A DNA stretch of 64,000 nt, taken from positions 3,552,001-3,616,000 of the forward strand of contig OZ242008.1 in the NCBI GenBank assembly GCA_965204735.1, given 5' to 3'. This DNA is from Longimicrobiales bacterium. Its GTDB lineage: Bacteria > Gemmatimonadota > Gemmatimonadetes > Longimicrobiales > Gaopeijiaceae. The position numbers were made by a program, and so were the translations under genes. Positions within the stretch are counted from its first letter, which is position 1, and each line of letters begins with the position of its first letter. Below, in pieces: positions 41,662-50,626 of the stretch. The notes under the pieces are model-generated. The model saw only the letters and a list, made by a program, of their open reading frames with translations. It was not told the origin of the DNA and searched no databases.

Positions 41662-43857
41662 ATGACTGACGACCGCATCGAAGGGCGTCGCAGGAGGATC
41701 GCGCTTCAGCACCTCTTTCTGGATCCGAACAACTTCCGAATCGTCGACCATCCCGAGTACAAGCGCATTCCGCCGGGAGAAGAGTTCAAGGCGGACGTGC
41801 AGCGTCGCACTACGGCATTCGTCTTGGGCCGCAACGGCGAATTCGTTCGAGACCTGATCGCAAGCATCAAGGAAAACGGATGGCTCGACATCGATCCCAT
41901 CTTGGTGCAGCAGGGGCAGCCCCGTCGATATCTCGTCGTGGAAGGCAATCGCCGAGTCGCTACGCTCAAGCACTTGCAACGCCAACACGAGGAACGGGCC
42001 GTCGACCTGGGGAGCTTGGATCCTGCCTTGTTCTCGGCGGTGCCCGTAGTCCTCTACAAGGCCGCGGAGGAACGTCACCGCATGGTCATGATGGGCCTTC
42101 ACCACATCACCGGCAAGCGACGATGGCCCGCCGTCAACCGAGCACGCGCAATGAAGAGTCTGCTCGGTCTCTTCGACAACGACGCCGACGCGGTTTGCCG
42201 GGCACTGGGCGTAAGCAAGCTAGAGTTCAACCTGTCGATCAGGACTCTGTCGTTGGTTGACGTCTACAGGACCAGCGACTACGGCGACGGCTTCAGATCG
42301 GATCAATACAACCTCTTCCGCGAAGTGCTGCGGAGCCCTGCCATGCGCACTTGGCTCGATTGGGACGACGAAGAACGCGTTCCTCGGAACCAACCCAACA
42401 GGGACCGCCTCTTCTCCTGGATGTCCCGAGAGGTTGATTCCGTGGCAGACGACGACGCTTCGTCGGTGGAGACGCAACCGGGCAGCGCTCCCGTAGTTAC
42501 GACCGTGGCGCAGGTTCGAGAGCTGGCGAAGGTCATCGACGACCCTTTGGCGGTGAAGAGACTGGAGGAGACCCGCAGCCTTCAAGAGGCTACGCTGTCG
42601 AGCAAGTTGTTGGTGAAGAGTGAAATCGAGCGCGCATTCGGCTCGTGCGATGCCGGCGTCAACGGCCTGACTACGAGGCTCGGCGAACTCGGGCCGGACG
42701 AGTTGGACCGCGTGGATCAGATTATCGGCCGACTCCAGGGGCTCGCGCTCGCCCACAAGCGACGTCCCCCCGTCGCGGGAGGCCGTTTGCCGTGGCAGCC
42801 CTTCAACGAGATTACGGCTTCGCAGTTCAGCTCGCTGAACGTCGCCAAGTATCGAGGCATCGACGGCTTGGTTCTCGAGGATCCTGGGCGCGTGAATCTG
42901 ATCGTAGGCGTCAACAACGTCGGCAAGACGTCCGTGCTCGAGGCACTTTACTTGCTTGCACACCAGAACGACGAGCGAGCCCTGTTGGACGTGATCCGAT
43001 TGCGGGGCCGCATCGAGGGGGAACCGGATCCGTTGTGGCTTGTCGAGCAGGTGCCAGACGATATCGACATTGGAGGAGCTTTCGACCAAGTCGATTCGAA
43101 CGCTGTTCGTTTTGCATCTCACCGTTTCGACCCTGACGCCGAGGAGAGCGGAGACCATGCATCCGGGGATCAGACCTCGAAGCTGTTCACATTGGCCATC
43201 GGCGCTACATACGGCGAAAGAACACAAGTGGGGATGGCCACGTTCTTCAGCGACCGGCCTCGCAGAACCACCTTTGACGGTCAGAACTGGTTGTGTCGAT
43301 CGGCGTTCACGAGTCCGTTCTCAGCGAACCGTCCAAGTGTCCTGGCTCGGTGCAACAAGGAGAGCCTGAGATCAGGAACGAAGGCCAAGATCATCGAGTT
43401 CATTCGGGCGCACGTCGACCCAGGTCTGGAAAACATTGAACTCGCGGACAAGTTCGACCGCTTCCTGGTGACCCACAGGGACTTCGAGAGGGCACCGGAC
43501 TTGTCTTCGTTCGGCGAGGGCGTTCGACGTGTGTTCGAGATCGGCCTGCTGTTCGCTGGCGTGCAAGGAGGCGTGCTGCTGATCGACGAATTCGAGAACG
43601 CGATACACACTAGGCTCTTGACCGACTTCACGCGCCTGATTCAGATGCTTGCCGAAGAACTGAACGTGCAGGTATTCCTGACTACCCACAGCAAAGAGGC
43701 GATCGACGCTTTGGTCGGCAACGGATATCGGACCGGCGACATTGTTGGCTACGCGCTTCGGCGCACAGAGGCCGGCGCAGAGGCTCGGCGGTACGACGGA
43801 GAGAGATTGCTTCGCCTGCACCGGGCGGTGGACTTCGACCTTCGCGGAATTCAATGA
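41662..43857 (+). CDS. ParB-like N-terminal domain + HTH fused to an ABC-type (AAA_15/AAA_21-like) ATPase
   Basis: LDPNNFR...LIASIKENGW..DPILV...YLVVEGNRRVATLK; VCRALGVSK; GVNNVGKTS, LSSFGEG, LLIDEFEN, FLTTHS; GGAGGAGG RBS. Confidence 0.85.
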   Translation: MTDDRIEGRRRRIALQHLFLDPNNFRIVDHPEYKRIPPGEEFKADVQRRTTAFVLGRNGEFVRDLIASIKENGWLDIDPILVQQGQPRRYLVVEGNRRVATLKHLQRQHEERAVDLGSLDPALFSAVPVVLYKAAEERHRMVMMGLHHITGKRRWPAVNRARAMKSLLGLFDNDADAVCRALGVSKLEFNLSIRTLSLVDVYRTSDYGDGFRSDQYNLFREVLRSPAMRTWLDWDDEERVPRNQPNRDRLFSWMSREVDSVADDDASSVETQPGSAPVVTTVAQVRELAKVIDDPLAVKRLEETRSLQEATLSSKLLVKSEIERAFGSCDAGVNGLTTRLGELGPDELDRVDQIIGRLQGLALAHKRRPPVAGGRLPWQPFNEITASQFSSLNVAKYRGIDGLVLEDPGRVNLIVGVNNVGKTSVLEALYLLAHQNDERALLDVIRLRGRIEGEPDPLWLVEQVPDDIDIGGAFDQVDSNAVRFASHRFDPDAEESGDHASGDQTSKLFTLAIGATYGERTQVGMATFFSDRPRRTTFDGQNWLCRSAFTSPFSANRPSVLARCNKESLRSGTKAKIIEFIRAHVDPGLENIELADKFDRFLVTHRDFERAPDLSSFGEGVRRVFEIGLLFAGVQGGVLLIDEFENAIHTRLLTDFTRLIQMLAEELNVQVFLTTHSKEAIDALVGNGYRTGDIVGYALRRTEAGAEARRYDGERLLRLHRAVDFDLRGIQ

Positions 43858-44732
43858 TGAAGGCGGTCTTGGTCTTCTGCGAAGGTCGCCATGACATAGT
43901 GTTTGCGCAACGAAGCTTGGGAGCCCTTGGAGGTTGCAAGTGGGTCGGCAGGCCGATTGCAAAACTGCCATCCCCGTTCGGCCCCAGCTCGGCGGCCCGC
44001 AGGGGGCTGGTCGCTCGACGCCTTGAACGTCACGACATCGGCGACCTGCAGCTTCGGCCGGCCGCACACCCGCAAGTGCCTGCCTTCGAGTCGATGATCG
44101 AAGACGCCAGACGTCGTGTGCTCTTTGTCATGCTTCGCGTTGGCAGCAAGTACAATAGGGCGGTGATGGAGCTGCTCGCGGAGCTGGACTCCGTGGTGGC
44201 TGAGGAAGTTGGTACGTGGGACGTGTCCAGATACGCGGCGGCGTTCCTGTTCGACGCCAACGGCGACGGCGTGGAGGCTACCTTGGACGGTTTTCGGAAG
44301 TCGTATGGGCCGCACTTTGGGGACCTCTCCGGAGCCGGGCACGGCAGCTGGACGAACACCGACACCGTGCCCGTCGGCTGTTTCGTGTTCCACAGGAGTG
44401 ACGACGATCAGACAGGAACTCTCGAGGATCATTTGGCGCCGATGGCGGAGGCAGCTTGGCCAGTGCGCTATGCCAGCGCAACAGAGTTTGTGGACGAGAA
44501 CCGGAAGCCTGGGCGTGCAGTGTCCGGCAGCCGGGCGGAACGCCTGAAGGCGATCATCACAACGGCCGGACAGTTGGACCATCCTGGTGATCCGCTGTCC
44601 CAAGTCATCGGTTGGAAGGGACTGCCCCGGGCTCAGTACGAGCACTCGCGGACGAGCCGATCGTTGGTCAATTTCCTTATGAGCGTACCCTGGGCAAGCG
44701 AAGGAGATCCGGTCGCAGAGAACGTCGTTTGA
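43854..44732 (+). CDS. TOPRIM-like (DUF3226-like) putative nuclease
   Basis: VLVFCEGRHD, FLFDANGD, GTLED; start overlaps the ATPase stop (ATGA). Confidence 0.65.
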   Translation: MMKAVLVFCEGRHDIVFAQRSLGALGGCKWVGRPIAKLPSPFGPSSAARRGLVARRLERHDIGDLQLRPAAHPQVPAFESMIEDARRRVLFVMLRVGSKYNRAVMELLAELDSVVAEEVGTWDVSRYAAAFLFDANGDGVEATLDGFRKSYGPHFGDLSGAGHGSWTNTDTVPVGCFVFHRSDDDQTGTLEDHLAPMAEAAWPVRYASATEFVDENRKPGRAVSGSRAERLKAIITTAGQLDHPGDPLSQVIGWKGLPRAQYEHSRTSRSLVNFLMSVPWASEGDPVAENVV

Positions 44733-44765
44733 CTGGCCTGCGCCGGAACGGTATCGTGGTATCAT
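44729..44765 (+). promoter_or_regulatory. Sigma70-type promoter with a tandem operator for the MNT/HEPN pair
   Basis: TTGACT (44729)-N17-TATCGT (44752); the direct repeat GGTATCGT-GGTATCAT overlaps the -10. Confidence 0.6.
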
Positions 44766-44766
44766 C

Positions 44767-45384
44767 ATGTCCTCCAAGCCGGCATCCGGTCGCTTCCTGC
44801 TGCGGATTCCCCCTGCGTTGCATCGTGCCCTGCGACGCCGGGCCAAGGACGCGGGCAAGTCCCTCAACAGGTACTGCTCCGAAGCCTTGCGGGCCGTGGT
44901 GGAGGATGCGGCGCCCGGCCGGTCGCGAGCTTGGCAGGCCGCGGCCGCGGCCGTCGTGGAGAACGTGGGCGAGGAACTGGAGGGCGTGGTGCTGTTCGGC
45001 TCTCGGGCGCACGGCTGGGACGGCCCGGGCTCGGACGTCGACGTGCTCCTGGTCCTCCGGGACGGTGCGGCGCTGGACCGGGAGCGCTACGCGGCGTGGG
45101 ACCGCACGCTAGCCCGCGCTCCCGAGGTCAGGGCACTGGGCACCCGTGTGAGCCCGCACTTTGCCCGACTTCCCACCGGGCGGCCCGGCGCCGCGGACGG
45201 CGGAGGCGGGCTCTGGTTGGAAGCTGCGCTGCACGGCGTGGTGCTTTGGCAGCGGAGTCCCGCGGTTTCGCGCTGGATGGCCGAAGCTCGCGAGCTGATG
45301 GCGGCGGGCATCCTCCGGCGGCGACAGGCGCATGGACAGCCGTACTGGCATCAAGAGGCGAACGAGGCCAGTGAGAAACCCTGA
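44767..45384 (+). CDS. HicB-like RHH domain fused to a minimal nucleotidyltransferase (MNT antitoxin)
   Basis: SGRFLLRIPPALHRAL...GKSLNRY; VVLFGSRAHG...SDVDVLLV. Confidence 0.82.
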   Translation: MSSKPASGRFLLRIPPALHRALRRRAKDAGKSLNRYCSEALRAVVEDAAPGRSRAWQAAAAAVVENVGEELEGVVLFGSRAHGWDGPGSDVDVLLVLRDGAALDRERYAAWDRTLARAPEVRALGTRVSPHFARLPTGRPGAADGGGGLWLEAALHGVVLWQRSPAVSRWMAEARELMAAGILRRRQAHGQPYWHQEANEASEKP

Positions 45385-45784
45385 CTTGGCAGCCGACTAC
45401 CTGCGCCGCGCGCGAAGTCGGCTCAAGGCCCTCGGTGTTCTCATGGACGAGGAGAGCTGGCCCGATGTGGTCCGGGAGTCGCAGGAAGTCGTGGAGATCT
45501 GCCTCAAGGCGTTGCTGCGGCAGGCAGGCATCGCTCCGCCCCGCGTCCACGACGTGAGCGGCGTCCTGCTCGAGAACGAATCCCGACTGCCCGACGGCGT
45601 CCGGCGTCGCCTCGACGACCTGGTGCGCATCTCTCGCGTCCTGCGCCGCGACCGGGAACTCGCGTTCTACGGGAGCGAGGACCTCACGCCCAGCCAGTTC
45701 TACGGTCCAACCGACGCGCAGGAAGCCTTCGACGGCGCTCGCTTGGTCTACGAAGTCGTCAGCGCCAGCGGCGAACCGATCTGA
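45371..45784 (+). CDS. HEPN domain protein
   Basis: DYLRRARSRL, VVRESQEVVEICLKALL, PRVHDV, RRDRELAFYG; overlaps the MNT gene end. Confidence 0.82.
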   Translation: MRNPDLAADYLRRARSRLKALGVLMDEESWPDVVRESQEVVEICLKALLRQAGIAPPRVHDVSGVLLENESRLPDGVRRRLDDLVRISRVLRRDRELAFYGSEDLTPSQFYGPTDAQEAFDGARLVYEVVSASGEPI

Positions 45785-45787
45785 TCC

Positions 45788-48700
45788 CTACCCCACCGGC
45801 CTTCCGGGCGTCCACGGGACTCCGGCCTCGTCCAGGGCACGGCGAAAGCGCGCCATCCGGGCGAAGAGGGCGCCGAGCGCCGCCACTTGCTCTTCCAGGG
45901 CCGGGGCAACACGCTCGAGCGCGGCCCGTTCCTGCTCGGTGGCGGGCGCGTAGGCTTGGTGGAGGCCGTTGGCGTCGCCGAGCTGACGCAATAGCGGAAC
46001 GGGCGCGTCGTCGTCGCGGGCTGCTCCGCCGCCGGGGGCGCCGCCGCTTCCGCGAAGGGCGTCCAGCACGCTGTCCACGGCTTCGCCCAACAACTCGGCC
46101 ACGGCTCGGAGGTCCGGCGTCGCTCCGTCTTCGCCAGCCTCGGCGGCAGTCGGGTCGCCGGCGTCGCTGCCAAGGCCGCCGGCGTCAGCCTCCGCCCGGT
46201 CCAAGGCGAGCGCTATTCCGTCCAGCTCGGTCTCCATCGCTTCGCCCTGCCGTACCGCCATCCGCAACGTCGCCGAGAGCGCGCGGTGGCGCTTGCGCAG
46301 CTCCTGCAGCTCCGCCAGCTGGCGGTCGCTCATCCCGATCAGCTCGTCCAGCACGACACGGAAGGAGCGTTCCAGCACCGTCGGCGGCCCCTCCTCCGGC
46401 GCCACCGTCAAGCGAGCCACGTACTCGCCCGGCAGCGCCGGCGGCCCGACAGCCCCGCCTCCGAATCCCCCAAACCCCCCGAACCCCCCGCCCTGGCCGG
46501 CTCCGCCGCTGCGAGGCTCCGGCGGGCCGGACCATGGCGCATCGAGCCGCAAGTCCCACTGCACCTGCTTCAGCCCGGCGCCTCCCGGCGCGTCCAGCGT
46601 CCGCGCGACCCGACCGTCGGCGTCGAGCACCTGCAGGGTCGACTCCCCCGTTGCGCCCTCGGGGAGCACGTAGGACACGGTGACGCCGTAGGGAGGGTTT
46701 TCCGCGGCGTAGTTCCTGTCCGCGTGGGTGCCGGTGGTGGGCGCGGTGTTCACGACGTGGGCCAGCGCGTCCCGCGTCGAGTACAGGTACGGGCGGTCGG
46801 CCGCCGCTGCCGCCCTTGCTGCCGCCACCTCCTGCAGGGGCGTCAGGTCGTCCACCACGAAGAAGCCGCGGCCGTGGGTCGCCACCACCAGCGCGTTGTC
46901 CCGAGGGTGCACCTTGAGGTCGTGCACCGGCGACGGCGGAATCCCATTCTCCAGCGGAATCCACGACCCGCCTCCGTCCAGCGACGCGAACGGGCGGATT
47001 TCGGTGCCCACGAAGAGAAGGTTCGGGTCGTCGGGGTGCTCGGCGAAGGCCCGCACGTTGCCGAACTCGGGCAGGTCGCCGGCGATCGAGACCCAGCTGG
47101 CGCCCCGGTCCTCGCTCTTCAGCACGTAAGGTCGAAAGTCGTTGCTCCGGTGGCCGTCGAACGTCGCGTACAACGTGGATTCGTCGTGGGCGGACCAGCG
47201 AACCTTGCTCACGTAGGTCGTGTCGGGAACCCCCGGGAAGCCCGTCCACTTGGTCCACGTCTCGCCGTCGTCGTCGGTGACCGCGACGGCGCCGTCGTCG
47301 GTGCCGGTTGCGATCAGGCCCGGACGCAGCGACGACACGTGCATCGTGGAGATGTTGGAAAACACCGCCGTCCCCTGGTGACGAGAGACGGCGTCGTCGC
47401 TGGGGATCGACCCCATCATCGGCAGGCTGTCCCGGTCGATTTCGCGGGTCAGGTCTTCGCCCAGCACTTCCCATGAAGAGCCCTGGTCCGTGCTCTTGAA
47501 GACGTGGTTGCCCGCGAAGTAGATCGTGGACGGGTCGTGGGGCGAAATCTGGATCGGCGCGCTCCAGTTGAAGCGGTAGTCGTCCTCGCCGGGGACCGGC
47601 CTGGGTCGGATCGACTTGCGCTCGCCGGTGCGGCCGTTGAAGCGCACCAGGTTGCCGTTCTGCGACTCGACGTACGCAACGTTGTGGTCCCTGGGGTCGA
47701 TCGCGGCGAAGAAGCCGTCGCCGCCCGCCATCCGGTACCAGTCCGCGTTGCCGATTCCCATCGCGTTGCGGGTCCGGCTGGGTCCGCCCCACGTCGAGTT
47801 GTCCTGCAGGCCGCCGTAGATGCCGAAGAAGGGCTCCTGCATGTCCACGCCGACCGCATAGAACTGGCTGATAGGCAGGTTGGGCGAGAAGTCCCACGTC
47901 TCGCCCCGGTCGTGGGAGATGTAGAAGCCGCCGTCGTTGCCCAGCATGATGTGATGCGGGTTCTCCGGGTTGATCCACATGGCGTGATGATCGACGTGCA
48001 CCGCGTCGGCGATCCGCTCCCACGTCTCCCCTCCGTCGCTGGACCGATGGAGGCGCACGCCCAGGTGGTATACGACCTCCGGATCGGTGGGATCGACCCG
48101 GATCTGGCCGAAGTACCACGGTATCGACGCGATGTCGCTGGTCTTGCGCCATGTTGCGCCGTCGTTGTCCGTGCGGTAGACGCCCTCTTCCGAGCCCTCT
48201 ATGACCGCGTACACGGTGCTCGGCCGGGAGCGGCTGATGTCCAAGCCGATCCTGCCCATGTCGGAGCTGGGGAGCCCCCCTTCGAGCCGCTTCCAAGTGT
48301 CGCCGCCGTCGCTCGTCTTGTATATCCCGCTGCCGGGTCCGCCTCCGACGTAGCTGTACGCCCGCCGTTCACGTTGGAGCGCCGAGGCGTAAAGGACGTT
48401 CGGCTCGTGGGGGTGCATGACCAGATCGGCAACGCCCGTGTGCTGGTCGATCGTCAGAACGGCCTCCCACGTCTCGCCGCCGTCGGTGGTCTTGTAGACG
48501 CCCCGCTGGCCTCCAGCCGCCCAAAGGGGACCGACGGCCGCCACGTACACGGTCTGCTCGTTGTAGGGAAGCACCACGATCCGCCCGACGTGCTGACTTT
48601 CGCGGAGGCCCATGTGGCGGAAGGAGGCGCCGCCGTCTTCGGACTTGTACACGCCGTCGCCGTAGGACGAGCTGCGCATGTTGTTCGGCTCTCCCGATCC

Positions 48701-49141
48701 CGCCCACACCACGTTCGGATTGGACGGAGCGACGGTCACGTCCCCCATGGACCCGACCCCGGCGTCGTCCAGCACGGGCTCCCAAGTCACTCCGCCGCTG
48801 GTGGACTTCCAGATGCCCCCGGTGGCGGCCGCGATGTACACGACCGTGCCGGCCCTCGGCTGGGAGCCCAGCTGGAACTCCCGAGGCCAGCGCCGATCGT
48901 CGTAGGCCACCGCGATGTCCACGACCCGTCCGCTCATGACGGCCGGCCCGATCGACCTGGCCGCGATGCTGCTCAGGAGCGCTTGGTCGGTCAAGCCGCC
49001 GCCGTCGCCTTCGCCGCCAGCTTCGGCGCTCCTGCTGCCGCGCTGCTGGGCGTCAAGGGCGGCGGCGGTCGACAAGAAGAAGGCGACGACTGCTGCGGCG
49101 ACGCGGGACGACGGAATGGAGAACGAAGGGACACCAGGCAT
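45788..49141 (-). CDS. Secreted VPS10/BNR (Asp-box) beta-propeller protein, glycosyl hydrolase-like
   Basis: Signal peptide, RSIGPAVMSGRV, many S/TxDxGxTW Asp-boxes, GGLQDNSTW. Confidence 0.88.
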   Translation of the reverse strand: MPGVPSFSIPSSRVAAAVVAFFLSTAAALDAQQRGSRSAEAGGEGDGGGLTDQALLSSIAARSIGPAVMSGRVVDIAVAYDDRRWPREFQLGSQPRAGTVVYIAAATGGIWKSTSGGVTWEPVLDDAGVGSMGDVTVAPSNPNVVWAGSGEPNNMRSSSYGDGVYKSEDGGASFRHMGLRESQHVGRIVVLPYNEQTVYVAAVGPLWAAGGQRGVYKTTDGGETWEAVLTIDQHTGVADLVMHPHEPNVLYASALQRERRAYSYVGGGPGSGIYKTSDGGDTWKRLEGGLPSSDMGRIGLDISRSRPSTVYAVIEGSEEGVYRTDNDGATWRKTSDIASIPWYFGQIRVDPTDPEVVYHLGVRLHRSSDGGETWERIADAVHVDHHAMWINPENPHHIMLGNDGGFYISHDRGETWDFSPNLPISQFYAVGVDMQEPFFGIYGGLQDNSTWGGPSRTRNAMGIGNADWYRMAGGDGFFAAIDPRDHNVAYVESQNGNLVRFNGRTGERKSIRPRPVPGEDDYRFNWSAPIQISPHDPSTIYFAGNHVFKSTDQGSSWEVLGEDLTREIDRDSLPMMGSIPSDDAVSRHQGTAVFSNISTMHVSSLRPGLIATGTDDGAVAVTDDDGETWTKWTGFPGVPDTTYVSKVRWSAHDESTLYATFDGHRSNDFRPYVLKSEDRGASWVSIAGDLPEFGNVRAFAEHPDDPNLLFVGTEIRPFASLDGGGSWIPLENGIPPSPVHDLKVHPRDNALVVATHGRGFFVVDDLTPLQEVAAARAAAAADRPYLYSTRDALAHVVNTAPTTGTHADRNYAAENPPYGVTVSYVLPEGATGESTLQVLDADGRVARTLDAPGGAGLKQVQWDLRLDAPWSGPPEPRSGGAGQGGGFGGFGGFGGGAVGPPALPGEYVARLTVAPEEGPPTVLERSFRVVLDELIGMSDRQLAELQELRKRHRALSATLRMAVRQGEAMETELDGIALALDRAEADAGGLGSDAGDPTAAEAGEDGATPDLRAVAELLGEAVDSVLDALRGSGGAPGGGAARDDDAPVPLLRQLGDANGLHQAYAPATEQERAALERVAPALEEQVAALGALFARMARFRRALDEAGVPWTPGRPVG

Positions 49142-49196
49142 GGGACGACTCCTGTGGCTTGCTTGCAACCGGCCCGGCCTGCCTTCGGGCGGCCCC

Positions 49197-49359
49197 GACC
49201 GGGCGATCTGGTCCTTGCCCAAGGACCGGGCGATCTAGTCCTGTCAAGCTAGCTCCCGGCGGCGGCTCCCGCACCGGTCGCGCTCGACCTCGGCAGTTGC
49301 GGCCGCTCCGCCCACGACAGCTCCCGGCGGCGGCTCCCGCACAGGGTCGCGCCCGACCT
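49197..49359. repeat. Two direct repeat pairs in the VPS10-osmC intergenic region
   Basis: GACCGGGCGATCT(G/A)GTCCT x2; AGCTCCCGGCGGCGGCTCCCGCAC..GGTCGCGC.CGACCT at 49251 and 49319. Confidence 0.85.
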
Positions 49360-49822
49360 ACGCTTCGACGATCTCGGCAGACCAGCCGATCTCGACCGCG
49401 CCGTCGAGGCTGCGCGCCGTCGGACACTTGGCGACGTGGCTCGCCAGCGCCCGGTCGATCTTCTCCCGAGGGGCGCCGGCTGGGACGCGGATCTTGTAGC
49501 GGACCTTGATCCTGGTCAGCACGACGACCCGATCCACGACTTCGTTCACGCCTTCGGCCTCCGCGCTGATCGCGTCGTCGGCCATGGGGATCCCGCGCAC
49601 CTCCAGTGCGCCGTTGAGGGTCCCGAGGAGTCAGCCGGCAGCCGCCGCGACCACATAATCCACCGGCAACGGCAGGTCGGGTTCCGCGTCCAGCCGGTAG
49701 TGGGCCTTGACGGGGCCGTGGACACCGAAGTCCACCTGCGTCCCGTCGGCCAGGGTGGCCCGCCGGTGGACGCCTGCGACCTTGACTACGCTGGCGCGGG
49801 CCGTGTAGGCGCTCTTGCTCAT
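49358..49822 (-). CDS. OsmC-like peroxiredoxin, Sec-containing via UGA at 49631-49633
   Basis: ORFs 49631-49822 and 49358-49600 are in frame: ...DYVVAAAAG-TGA-LLGTLNGALEVRGI...HVAKCPTARSL. The UGA is at the first OsmC Cys. RBS AGGAGGG precedes the ATG. Confidence 0.85.
49587..49624 (-). promoter_or_regulatory. Candidate SECIS hairpin of the OsmC-like gene
   Basis: mRNA GGGACCC..GCGCAC-UGGAG-GUGCGC-GGGAUCCC directly 3' of the UGA. Confidence 0.65.
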
Positions 49823-49909
49823 GGATTCCCTCCTGGTCGTGAAACTGTTTCCGGTCTTTCGCCGAAAGGCAAGCGAGCCGCCGATGAAAGTAGGTAATGC
49901 GAGGGTTTC

Positions 49910-50620
49910 ATGTTACACTTCGGCGTCGGATCGAAGGGAGATGGTCCGTTGCACACCGATCGCGACACACTGCGAATGCCGGGCCCCGGCGACGCGTTGC
50001 CGGGCCGGGCCGAGCCACTGAGGGTTCCGACCATTCACCACGTCAGCGGAAACCGCATCAAGCCCCCCTTCCCCAATGGCTTTGGGCGCGCCTACTTCGG
50101 CATGGGGTGCTTCTGGGGCGCCGAACGCCAGTTCTGGGAAGTGCCGGGCGTCTACTCGACGGCGGTGGGCTACCAGGGCGGGCTGACGCCCAACCCCACC
50201 TACCCGGAAGTCTGCTCGGGATCGACCGGACATGCGGAAGTGGTGATGATCGTCTTCGACCCCGACGTCGTGGACTACGCGTCGCTCCTGACCGCCTTCT
50301 GGGAGGGCCACGACCCGACGCAGGGGATGAGGCAGGGCGCGGACGTGGGAACCCAGTACCGTTCCGCCGTGTTCGCTGCCGACGACCGGCAGCGGCACCT
50401 TGCCGAGGCGTCCCGCGACCGGTACCAGAGGGCTCTGACAGGCGCCGGCTTCGGCTCCGTCACCACCGAGATCACCGGTGCCCCCGAGTTCTACTACGCC
50501 GAGGCGTATCATCAGCAGTACTTGGCCAAGAACCCGGGCGGGTACTGCGGCCTCGGCGGAACCGGCGTAGTCTGCCCCAGCGGAGCCCGCGAGAGCCCGG
50601 AAGGCGAGAGTCCCGAATAG
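49910..50620 (+). CDS. msrA: Peptide-methionine (S)-S-oxide reductase
   Basis: [46 protein letters not shown]. Confidence 0.95.
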   Translation: MLHFGVGSKGDGPLHTDRDTLRMPGPGDALPGRAEPLRVPTIHHVSGNRIKPPFPNGFGRAYFGMGCFWGAERQFWEVPGVYSTAVGYQGGLTPNPTYPEVCSGSTGHAEVVMIVFDPDVVDYASLLTAFWEGHDPTQGMRQGADVGTQYRSAVFAADDRQRHLAEASRDRYQRALTGAGFGSVTTEITGAPEFYYAEAYHQQYLAKNPGGYCGLGGTGVVCPSGARESPEGESPE

Positions 50621-50626
50621 GCCGGG

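Noticed and set aside
41662..43857. Chromosome-partitioning parAB locus
   Set aside because: The ATPase is ABC-type with a signature and H-loop rather than a deviant Walker A ParA, and it is fused to the ParB-like domain.
49850..49912. Possible riboswitch or ribozyme (GAAAGGCAA...GATGAAAGTAGGT) upstream of msrA
   Set aside because: I could not fit it to the c-di-GMP, SAM or hammerhead consensus by eye; an Rfam scan would be needed.
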